Below are positions 6,556-14,183 of a stretch of 64,000 nucleotides of DNA, one piece after another (the stretch's first letter is position 1; each line of letters starts with the position of its first letter). The notes under the pieces are model-generated. The model had not been told where the DNA came from and made no database searches. It saw nothing but the letters and a program-made list of their open reading frames with translations. The stretch spans positions 74,986-138,985 of the forward strand of contig JAVYQJ010000002.1 in NCBI GenBank assembly GCA_038731975.1. The letters are read 5' to 3'. This DNA comes from Thermofilaceae archaeon (lineage in GTDB: Archaea; Thermoproteota; Thermoprotei; Thermofilales; Thermofilaceae). The position numbers and the translations under genes are program-made.

Positions 6556-8370
6556 TCAGTTATTTTCTAGATCGTAAACCTCTACTTCAGCTTCTCTTCC
6601 GCCTCGAGCGACTTTCAACGCGAGACTAGCAATTACTATGACTAGAACTACTGTGACAATGTAGTGCAAGGGGGCGTCGGCGTATAAGACGAAATACTCT
6701 CCGCCGCTCCTCACGTTTACGCGCTTACGCAACCCAATTGCTCCCACTTCGACATCGTACCAGCCGAGGGGCAAATCGAGAGTCACTACGCCCCTTTCAT
6801 CTGTGCACCCCTCAACTGAAACACTGCCCTTGACTTGCACGTTGACATGGGGAAGAGGTCTACCGAGGAAATCTACAACCTTTAAGTGAACCTTGCTCAC
6901 GTTAGCAATAATCGCGTAACTCACTCGCTGAGGCTCAACTTTCAGAACCCCGGAGGCCACGACAACCCCATCCTTGACCACCCAGTAGTTGTATAGGCCC
7001 GAGGGAACATCATTGAATGCAGCCCGCCCCTGAAGCTCCCTAGCCTCGTACCTTAAACCGTAAGCCTGCAGCAGAACGACATACCCCAGCATCCTTTCCC
7101 CCGTCGGATAGAGAACGACCACATCGAAATCGGTGAGGTCCGCTCTTAGGTTAACAACTTGATCGCCCCTCTCTAGAATCAACGATGTTCTCCCAACCTC
7201 CTTCTCCCCCACGTAAGCTGAGATGATGTAAGCGCCAGGAGGGATATCCTGGAAGGAGCACACGCCATTTAATAGCCGGCAGGTTACCCGGATGGAGTTG
7301 CTCGTTCCCGATACGATAACCGTAACGTTGCTCGCCGGTCTCCCCCCGCTATCGACTACGAACACATTAACGTTGTAGGCGTAAGAAGGTAACTCCAGCA
7401 GGCCGGGAAGGCCGTAAATGGTGAGCGTGTACACTTTTACCCCACCCCTGTACGCGTCCGCGCTCAATGTGCCGTTCGGCGCTATTGAAACTTCACGCTT
7501 GGAACCCGCAGGTATGTACACACCAGCGATAAAGTAGTCGAAGGGCCCTGGGTTCGACACTGTTACACTACACGTACCCAAAATCGTAGCTTCCTGTGGA
7601 GCGTACAGGGCTGGATTATCCGGGAACGCTCTTCCCACGATATCTCTAGCCCGGAGAGAGGCGTTAAAACGCTCGACACAGGCCGCCGGTAAATTGACGT
7701 AGAAGTAGAGCGGTTGCTGTGCCGGCTTAGCCGTTGAGTAGTAGAGGGTTCTCACGCGTACTTCTACGGAAGCTCTACGGACGATCTCGAGTAGGGAGTC
7801 GAGCTCGCCACCGGTTTGAAGCACCACGACATCCCATAGCGAAACTACGCCCATCGATGTTTGAATGCTCAGAAGCCTTTTCGATAGCACTGTAACCTTT
7901 AAGCCGGCCAGACCCTCCAATACATTAGCGTCGCTGCAGAGCGCCTCTACTAAGTGCCCCCATACTCTTTCACCACGCTCGCTTAGAGCGTAAGCGTGAG
8001 GCTTTGGCTCGCTGTAGTTGAACCTCACAGTTATCGTTCGCGGCCTCCACCCTAACCGAGTGAAGTTGACCCACACGAAATCCTCTATCAGGGTAACGCC
8101 ATCCTCGTAGCAGGCTGTGACGCGGGTCCCGTCGAAGAAGACCGCATAGGGCTTGTAGGGGGTGCTTGAATCGACCCTCACGACAACCTCCTTAGCATCG
8201 GGGTGCACTTGCAGGGTAAGCGTTGGCGCGTCGCTGAACTCCAAGAGATAGTACTTCACTTCTGTACCACTCAACCTCAGTGCCCTAGCTTCAACCACGA
8301 ACAGCTTGGGCTGTGCGCTGACAGCAACGGCTGCTAGCAGCGGTAACAGGAGACACGCGATAATCCTCAC
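6556..8370 (-). CDS. Secreted, C-terminally membrane-anchored beta-rich protein (carboxypeptidase-regulatory-like repeats)
   Basis: Signal peptide MRIIACLLLPLLAAVAVSAQ and C-terminal TM helix IVTVVLVIVIASLAL. Repeated motifs of the type PPGAYIISAYVG and LPLGWYDVEV are typical of CarboxypepD_reg-like beta-sandwiches. Confidence 0.6.
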   Translation of the reverse strand: MRIIACLLLPLLAAVAVSAQPKLFVVEARALRLSGTEVKYYLLEFSDAPTLTLQVHPDAKEVVVRVDSSTPYKPYAVFFDGTRVTACYEDGVTLIEDFVWVNFTRLGWRPRTITVRFNYSEPKPHAYALSERGERVWGHLVEALCSDANVLEGLAGLKVTVLSKRLLSIQTSMGVVSLWDVVVLQTGGELDSLLEIVRRASVEVRVRTLYYSTAKPAQQPLYFYVNLPAACVERFNASLRARDIVGRAFPDNPALYAPQEATILGTCSVTVSNPGPFDYFIAGVYIPAGSKREVSIAPNGTLSADAYRGGVKVYTLTIYGLPGLLELPSYAYNVNVFVVDSGGRPASNVTVIVSGTSNSIRVTCRLLNGVCSFQDIPPGAYIISAYVGEKEVGRTSLILERGDQVVNLRADLTDFDVVVLYPTGERMLGYVVLLQAYGLRYEARELQGRAAFNDVPSGLYNYWVVKDGVVVASGVLKVEPQRVSYAIIANVSKVHLKVVDFLGRPLPHVNVQVKGSVSVEGCTDERGVVTLDLPLGWYDVEVGAIGLRKRVNVRSGGEYFVLYADAPLHYIVTVVLVIVIASLALKVARGGREAEVEVYDLENN

Positions 8371-8494
8371 GAGCTAATGGTTGCGCCTTGAAGGTCTAAG
8401 GGTAGCACGCAACTTTTTCCCGCTAATAGGAGGCTGTTACGCGGAGACTACGGTAGCAAAAACCTTAAGCGTGATCCGCACACTACGTTTTTCG

Positions 8495-8824
8495 ATGAGC
8501 GAAAGAGAGGGGCCGAGCGCGATCCTAGTGGTCATCACAGTCGTAGCTTTCGCCTTCCTAGCCAGTGTATGGGTGCTTACAAGTGGGTTCAGCGAAAATC
8601 CCCCCTATCCACCCCTAATCTCCCGGATACTCCCTCTAACCCTAACTACCGCAGCCGTGCTAGCATCGATTTTCGCTTACAATCTGGCTAAGGATGAGGA
8701 GCCGGAGTGGAGCGTAAAACTGGGTCAAAGGCTTCAGTACAAAGTCATAGAGGGGGCGGCGATCGCCTGCATAATACTTTCGCTAGTGTTCACCGTCCTG
8801 ATCGTAACAACCTACTTTCTGTAG
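8495..8824 (+). CDS. Small integral membrane protein (3 predicted TM helices)
   Basis: The internal ATG at 8495 (MSEREGPSAILVVITVVAFAFLAS...) is preferred over the 8381 start. AAAAACCTTAAG at ~8457-8468 lies about 30 nt upstream. Confidence 0.5.
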   Translation: MSEREGPSAILVVITVVAFAFLASVWVLTSGFSENPPYPPLISRILPLTLTTAAVLASIFAYNLAKDEEPEWSVKLGQRLQYKVIEGAAIACIILSLVFTVLIVTTYFL

Positions 8825-8827
8825 TCG

Positions 8828-10447
8828 CTACTCTAGGAGGCTCCTGAGAGCTTTAACCTCCTCCTCCCGCCTTGCGAGCTCCTCCTTCAACCGCCTGTTC
8901 TCATGTTCCAGCTCCTTTACGCGGGCCTCCAACTCGCTCAGACGCGCTAACTTGCGGGTTAGCTCCTCCTCCCTTGATTTCAATTCAGCCTCTCTCGCCT
9001 CCAACCTCTCTCTCAACTCGTTGAGAAGACCCTCCTTAGTTAAGAGAGAGCGGTGGTAACCGATCAGCTCTCGCTCCTTATCAAGTAACCTCTTTTCCCA
9101 CTCCTTCAGCTTAGCCTCAAGCTCGCCAAGCTCTTGGAGAGGCCTCAGTTTTGCATCAATGTCTGCGCGCTCTCTCTTCAATGCCTCCTCCCACTCCCTA
9201 AGCTTCTTCTCTCTTTCTTCGATCTCTCGTCTTAAGAATTCATATCTATTAAGGAGTTTATTTAATCTATTTTCACGCTCTGCTAATTCTTTCTCCCATT
9301 CTGTTAGTTTAATTAATTTCTCATCGATAGCTCTTTCTCTAGCCCTAATATCGTCTTCTATTTTTCTCAATTTTTCTTCCCATGATCTAAGTCTATTTTC
9401 CTCATCTTTTAGTTTAGCTTCCCATTCGGAAAACCGACGTCGAGCTTCATTGATTCTCTCGTTTTCCGCAATAAGTGACGTTCTAAAGCTTTCTAATTCA
9501 GCTCTTTTTATATTTATTTCATTAAGTTCATCATGTAATTTATTTAATGTTTTAATCATTTCCTGAATTTCTTGAATTAAATTTAACTTATTTGCTATAT
9601 CGTTTCCTATGTTACTTATCATTTGGGATATTTCTAAAATTTTATAATGTAGACTTTTTAATTCATTTTCCTTATTAATTAATTGTTCATCTAGTAATTT
9701 TAAATTCTTTTCTTTCTCTCTCAATTCTTGCTCTTTTTGATTTAACATTTTTTCTCGCTCATCGAGTGATTGCACTCTCGCAGCGGCTTCGGCGTACTCA
9801 GATACAGCCTTATTGTACTTCTCTGCTGCCTCCACTAGAGCCCGTAAGCTGTCAATAAACATTTCCTTCCTTTCTTTCTCTATAGCTTTCAGCTCTTCAA
9901 TAGTAGTTTTAAAATAATTTAAAAATTCAGTTTCTCTTTCTTTATTTATTTTCTCAAATTCGGAAATGATGTTTTTTAAATTGTTTATGAATTCAGTTTC
10001 CCTTTCTCCACTTACTTTCTCGAATTCTGATATGATATTTTTGAGCTGTTCGAGTAATTCGTTTCCAGATTTTATAGCTGGGATCAATTGTTCATTTAAT
10101 GCTTCTAAACTTTTTGATAAATCATTTGATATTGTCGAAAGCTCTGTTATCATAGCTTCAAGCCTGGTGTTGGACTCTGCGAGCTTGGCAACGGAATCTT
10201 CGAGCTTTGCTCGTGAACCCTCGAGTTCGCTTCTTTGCCTTTGGAGCAGATCCACGAGATCCGCTAGTATAGCGCGCTGCTCATCCAGTAATGCTATGAT
10301 TTGAGCTTGAAGCGTTTTGAGCGATTCGATTACTCTACTGCTCACGGTATCTGTCTGTTTGGTCATTAGAGCTGTGAGCTCCTTGCTTAACTGCTCTATT
10401 CTGTTCATCAGCTCGGTTGCGTCTACTTCCCGTCTTCGGCCCAGCAT
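8828..10447 (-). CDS. Long coiled-coil protein (539 aa, K/E/L/N-rich)
   Basis: Heptad-like sequence throughout. The C-terminal half carries recurring xEWExKL units (SEWEAKL, SWEEKL, TEWEKEL, REWEEAL, KEWEKRL). TATA-like GATAATTAATAT lies about 27 nt upstream of the ATG. Confidence 0.7.
   Translation of the reverse strand: MLGRRREVDATELMNRIEQLSKELTALMTKQTDTVSSRVIESLKTLQAQIIALLDEQRAILADLVDLLQRQRSELEGSRAKLEDSVAKLAESNTRLEAMITELSTISNDLSKSLEALNEQLIPAIKSGNELLEQLKNIISEFEKVSGERETEFINNLKNIISEFEKINKERETEFLNYFKTTIEELKAIEKERKEMFIDSLRALVEAAEKYNKAVSEYAEAAARVQSLDEREKMLNQKEQELREKEKNLKLLDEQLINKENELKSLHYKILEISQMISNIGNDIANKLNLIQEIQEMIKTLNKLHDELNEINIKRAELESFRTSLIAENERINEARRRFSEWEAKLKDEENRLRSWEEKLRKIEDDIRARERAIDEKLIKLTEWEKELAERENRLNKLLNRYEFLRREIEEREKKLREWEEALKRERADIDAKLRPLQELGELEAKLKEWEKRLLDKERELIGYHRSLLTKEGLLNELRERLEAREAELKSREEELTRKLARLSELEARVKELEHENRRLKEELARREEEVKALRSLLE
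9914..10045 (-). repeat. Tandem 66-nt (22-aa) duplication inside the coiled-coil gene
   Basis: The protein repeats are LKNIISEFEKVSGERETEFINN and LKNIISEFEKINKERETEFLNY. The corresponding DNA copies are visibly similar. Confidence 0.85.
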
Positions 10448-10499
10448 ACCACGTTATGGCCTCAAGCCATATTAATTATCTTATCGCTGAAGAGGCACG

Positions 10500-11093
10500 T
10501 TAGCTTTTGAGCTGCTGCTCGCGTTTACTAACAGCTAAAAGCAGCTTAATCTCGGTAAGATCGTTTGAGATTTTCGTCTCAAGGTTATTCATCCTCACCT
10601 CGAGATCATAAATGAGTGTTGCTAAATCATTTATTTTTGATTTAATTTCATAAACTTCAATTGTAATATTCTTTAAATTTTCCAATAATTCATTTAGCCG
10701 ATCCTTCTCTTCAAGCCTGTGCGCGTATAGATCTTGGGACAGATTATCGAAGCTGCTCGTTAATGCGGATAGCTTGTAGCTGAGTCCTCTCAGTTCAAGC
10801 TCCACAGCGGTTTTAACCGTGCTCTCCAGTTTGCCCAGGAAGTTATCAAGATACTTTACCGTCTCCTCGTACTGCTGCATCAACTTGCGTTGTCCCTCAT
10901 CAAATGTAGACCTGCTCGTCTCAAGAACCTGTGTCAATCTTTGTAATTCATCTCTTAATTTAACTACCTGTTTATGCATATCTTCTAACTGTATTTTCAA
11001 TCCCCTTACACCGTCTGTGAGTCTCCTAACGCCGAGGGCTAGCGCAGGTAGTACTTCTTCCTCGTACTCTACGTATTCTATTTCATCTCTCAC
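10500..11093 (-). CDS. Coiled-coil protein (197 aa)
   Basis: GTG start at 11093 with a TATA-like TTTAAAATATAA ~30 nt upstream. Helical, heptad-like sequence with no enzymatic motif. Confidence 0.6.
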   Translation of the reverse strand: MRDEIEYVEYEEEVLPALALGVRRLTDGVRGLKIQLEDMHKQVVKLRDELQRLTQVLETSRSTFDEGQRKLMQQYEETVKYLDNFLGKLESTVKTAVELELRGLSYKLSALTSSFDNLSQDLYAHRLEEKDRLNELLENLKNITIEVYEIKSKINDLATLIYDLEVRMNNLETKISNDLTEIKLLLAVSKREQQLKS

Positions 11094-11176
11094 GCTACCT
11101 ACATAGAGACAGGTGTTATATTTTAAACGTCGCCTAACAGTGGTATTTTGCTCACTGTTACGTTATGGAATAAATT

Positions 11177-11443
11177 TTAATCTAACATTTCTGTTTCCTC
11201 CGCATCGCCGTTCTCTACGTCCCTCCCGAAAACGTACGCCAATACCGCTAGTACCACGGCCACAGCGGTGAGAACTAGCCCTAGGGTGATGAAGAAACTT
11301 CGAGCCTGAGGCGTGGGAGCCTGCCAAGGATAACCGCCGAGTATCAAGTTGCTCTCGCCCATCGAGATAAGCGGTATGGGGATCCAGTACAATGCCAGGC
11401 ATATTGTTAGCAAAACTATTGCAATGATGCTCGTCACGCGCAT
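11177..11443 (-). CDS. Small membrane protein (2 TM helices, acidic C-terminus)
   Basis: MRVTSIIAIVLLTICLALYWIPIPL... and ...FFITLGLVLTAVAVVLAVLAYVF, followed by the tail DVENGDAEETEMLD. Preferred over the overlapping frame 11163..11402, which is Arg/Gly-rich and looks non-protein-like. Confidence 0.5.
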   Translation of the reverse strand: MRVTSIIAIVLLTICLALYWIPIPLISMGESNLILGGYPWQAPTPQARSFFITLGLVLTAVAVVLAVLAYVFGRDVENGDAEETEMLD

Positions 11444-11787
11444 GAACTCACCCCTTTGAGGTCGGATCGTCGCGAGCCGATCATCCTCTCACACACCCTG
11501 GAGCGGCTTCCTCATCCCAGAAGGACTCTCCCGGTACCCCTATTAAGGGTTCCGCGCTGCCCGCATCGCAGCTTATGCATGAATCCCGTTGTCCCTGGTC
11601 GCCACCTGCTTGTGCAGCAGAACTCATTGAGCGTCCATTGCCTAGGAAACCTGTGAGCGCTCAGCGGAGGGGGTGTGTGGAGTCGCGCAAGTGTTGTTCT
11701 GGGAGGCTTAAAGTGTATCAGAAATACTTTCGGTGTAATGTATTACGGTTTACGTTTATTAATGCTCACCCAGCGATTAGTCGGGGT

Positions 11788-12936
11788 ATGGGCGGCATAT
11801 TCATTGATAGGGAGAAGCTATCGAGCAGGCATGTGCCTGGGAGGCTGCCCCACCGCGACTACCAGCTAAGTATTCTGAGGAAGTTCATCTTTGACGTGCT
11901 GGAGAGTGATGCTACAACCCTTCGTACGGTTATGCTTGTGGGTCCAACTGGCACCGGGAAGACGTCGAGTATAATCCTTCTGCATCGATCCCTCATGGCC
12001 GAAGGGCGGGAGCACGCGTTCGTGCACGTGAACATGAGGATCGAGGGGGAAACGCCTTTTCAGCTATTCTCCGCCATGTACGAGAAGCTAACAGGTATGC
12101 CTGCCTCTAGGAGCATCGGTGGACAAGAACTGCTGAAGGAGGTCACAAACGTGCTTAGGAGGAGCGGACTCCCCGCTATATTGGCTTTCGACGAGATAGA
12201 GTTCCACGCGAGAAGCTCGCTTCGCAGCGTGCTTTATGCACTGGTCAGACTTAACGAGGTGACCTCCAAGCTGGTACCAATGGCCATCGTATTCGTGGCG
12301 CGCGGGCTCGACTGGTTGAAACTGCTAGAACCTGCTGAGCGCAGTTCGCTAGGAAACCTGATTGTCAGGTATCCACCTTACTCGCGTGAACAGCTTTTCG
12401 ACATCCTGTCTTTCAGGGCTTCAGAGGCTTTCGCGAGCGGCGTTATTGGAGACGACGTACTCAAGTGGTTAGCCGACTACACTTATACCTACATGTCGGG
12501 TGATGTCAGGAGGGCTCTCGACACGCTTCTTTATGCAGGCGTGCTCGCTGAGCAGGAGGGGGCCGGCAAAGTTACTTTAAGGCACGTGCTCGACGCTCTG
12601 CGCAACGTGGAAGCTTTCATAGCTCCGGCCGATATCGGGTCATTGACGGTCCGCGAGAAACTGCTACTTTATGCTGCACTGCAGCTCGTTAAGGCTAGGC
12701 CCTACGCCCGCCTCAGCGAGCTGTGGGAAGAGTACACAGCGCTCGCGGAGAGCTACGGCTTGGATGCTGGAAGCCTCGAGAGTTTTGAAGATATGGTGCA
12801 ACGCTTAATCGATCTGGGTGCTCTCATGGCCGAAGGCCCAGCGCGAGTTGCACCAACCCCCTCTCTCAACTTGGAGGTGCTAAAGGAAGCGTTGAGGGAT
12901 ATTGAACGAGGGCTTGCGATAACCGGGCGGATCTAA
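11788..12936 (+). CDS. orc1: Orc1/Cdc6 replication initiator
   Basis: Walker A LVGPTGTGKTS, Walker B LAFDEIEF, and a C-terminal winged-helix region. The ATG at 11788 (MGGIFIDREKL...) is preferred: TTTATTAA at ~11755-11762 lies about 28 nt upstream, and the 71-codon upstream extension is Cys/Arg-rich. Confidence 0.85.
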   Translation: MGGIFIDREKLSSRHVPGRLPHRDYQLSILRKFIFDVLESDATTLRTVMLVGPTGTGKTSSIILLHRSLMAEGREHAFVHVNMRIEGETPFQLFSAMYEKLTGMPASRSIGGQELLKEVTNVLRRSGLPAILAFDEIEFHARSSLRSVLYALVRLNEVTSKLVPMAIVFVARGLDWLKLLEPAERSSLGNLIVRYPPYSREQLFDILSFRASEAFASGVIGDDVLKWLADYTYTYMSGDVRRALDTLLYAGVLAEQEGAGKVTLRHVLDALRNVEAFIAPADIGSLTVREKLLLYAALQLVKARPYARLSELWEEYTALAESYGLDAGSLESFEDMVQRLIDLGALMAEGPARVAPTPSLNLEVLKEALRDIERGLAITGRI

Positions 12937-13605
12937 ATGATAATCGTCGATTACAGGGAAAGGGGTAGCGGAGTTCCCGAAGCGCTGATAAAGCTGGGCT
13001 CCCCGCTAGAGTTCAAGAGCTTAGACGTCGGCGACTACTTGGTTAGCAGCGATGTATGCATTGAGAGGAAAAGCAGCAACGATCTCGTATCCTCAATCAT
13101 TGATAAGAGATTGTTCGAACAGGTGCGCCGGCTTAAAAGGGCCTATGGAAAACCTGTACTGATAGTGGAGGGGGGGCTCGCTGAAACGTTGAGGTTTCGC
13201 AGAGTTAGTTACCCACAGGTTTACGGCGCGCTAGCAGCTGTGATGAGCATGGGGGTAACCGTGCTCTCCACCACTAGCTACCTCGAAACAGCTCGCGTGA
13301 TCTACTGCCTTTATACGCTCTCGGCAGGCACCAAAGGTCGCGTAAGCGAGCAGCTCCCACTGAAAAGCGTCAAGAGGGACGGCAGCAGCATAGAGGTCGT
13401 ACAGCTTAACATGGTAGCTTCAATACCCGGCATCGATAGGGAGCTAGCAGAGAGAATCCTTCAGCACTTTAGGACCCCACGCCGATTCTTCAAGGCCACT
13501 CCTTCAGAGTTGAGGAGAATTAAAGGGCTAGGCCATGCCCGTATAGCGAAAATAATCGAAGTCCTCGACACTCTGCATCCTCACGCCGAAAAATGCGCGG
13601 GATAA
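12937..13605 (+). CDS. xpf: Short crenarchaeal-type XPF/ERCC4 nuclease with (HhH)2 domain
   Basis: ERCC4 signature VGDYLVSSDVCIERKSSNDLVSS. C-terminal HhH pair IPGIDRELAERIL and IKGLGHARIAKII. The start codon directly follows the orc1 stop. Confidence 0.85.
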   Translation: MIIVDYRERGSGVPEALIKLGSPLEFKSLDVGDYLVSSDVCIERKSSNDLVSSIIDKRLFEQVRRLKRAYGKPVLIVEGGLAETLRFRRVSYPQVYGALAAVMSMGVTVLSTTSYLETARVIYCLYTLSAGTKGRVSEQLPLKSVKRDGSSIEVVQLNMVASIPGIDRELAERILQHFRTPRRFFKATPSELRRIKGLGHARIAKIIEVLDTLHPHAEKCAG

Positions 13606-14183
13606 AGAGCGACGTTTACGAGCCAGCGGAGGATACCTTCTTCTTAGCTAGGGGAGTTGATTGCTTGACCCCCTGCACAGCCTTGGCAGCCGAGATAGGC
13701 TGCGGTAAAGGTTTTGTCACGGAGGCTTTAGCAACCTACGCCGTTGAAGTCGTCGCCACAGACGTGGATTACGCCTCCGCCCAGGCCACTTGGCAACGTG
13801 CTAAAAGCAGAAGGCTAGATCACGCAATTCACGTTATCTGCTGCGATCGTTTAGAAGCCGTGCGGGTAGGCGAAGTGTTCGACTTCGTCGCGTTTAACCC
13901 GCCATACCTCCCAGAGGAGGGGGACAGTCGATGGTCAGGCGGCCCTACGGGCATAGAAGTCCCGCTGGCGTTCGCTAGATCAGCCTTGATGCGTCTCAAA
14001 AGGCTAGGTGTGATAGTGTTTCTCCTTTCTAGCCTGTCAAACTGGAGAAGCGCTCTTGAGGTGTTAAAATCGGCGGGTAACATCGTAAGTTTAATAGGGG
14101 CGATGCATGTTGGCCTCTTCGAGGAGCTACTCCTTGTCTTGTGTGCGAGACGGGTGACCCGTGTAGATGATGCCCACCCTTAG
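13593..14183 (+). CDS. HemK/Mtq2-type N5-glutamine methyltransferase
   Basis: N-terminal VYEPAEDTFFL, SAM motif EIGCGKGFV, and catalytic NPPY (FNPPYLPEE). Overlaps xpf by 13 nt. Confidence 0.75.
   Translation: MRGIKSDVYEPAEDTFFLARGVDCLTPCTALAAEIGCGKGFVTEALATYAVEVVATDVDYASAQATWQRAKSRRLDHAIHVICCDRLEAVRVGEVFDFVAFNPPYLPEEGDSRWSGGPTGIEVPLAFARSALMRLKRLGVIVFLLSSLSNWRSALEVLKSAGNIVSLIGAMHVGLFEELLLVLCARRVTRVDDAHP

Noticed and set aside
11163-11402. 79-aa ORF overlapping the small membrane protein gene in another frame
   Set aside because: Its Arg/Gly/His-rich composition is non-protein-like. The alternative frame (11177..11443) gives two clean TM helices.
11575-11787. 71-codon N-terminal extension of orc1/cdc6, and the overlapping 66-aa and 64-aa ORFs
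   Set aside because: The extension is Cys/Arg/Pro-rich and unlike Orc1 N-termini. A TATA-like box sits ~28 nt upstream of the internal ATG at 11788, which gives a normal-length Orc1/Cdc6.
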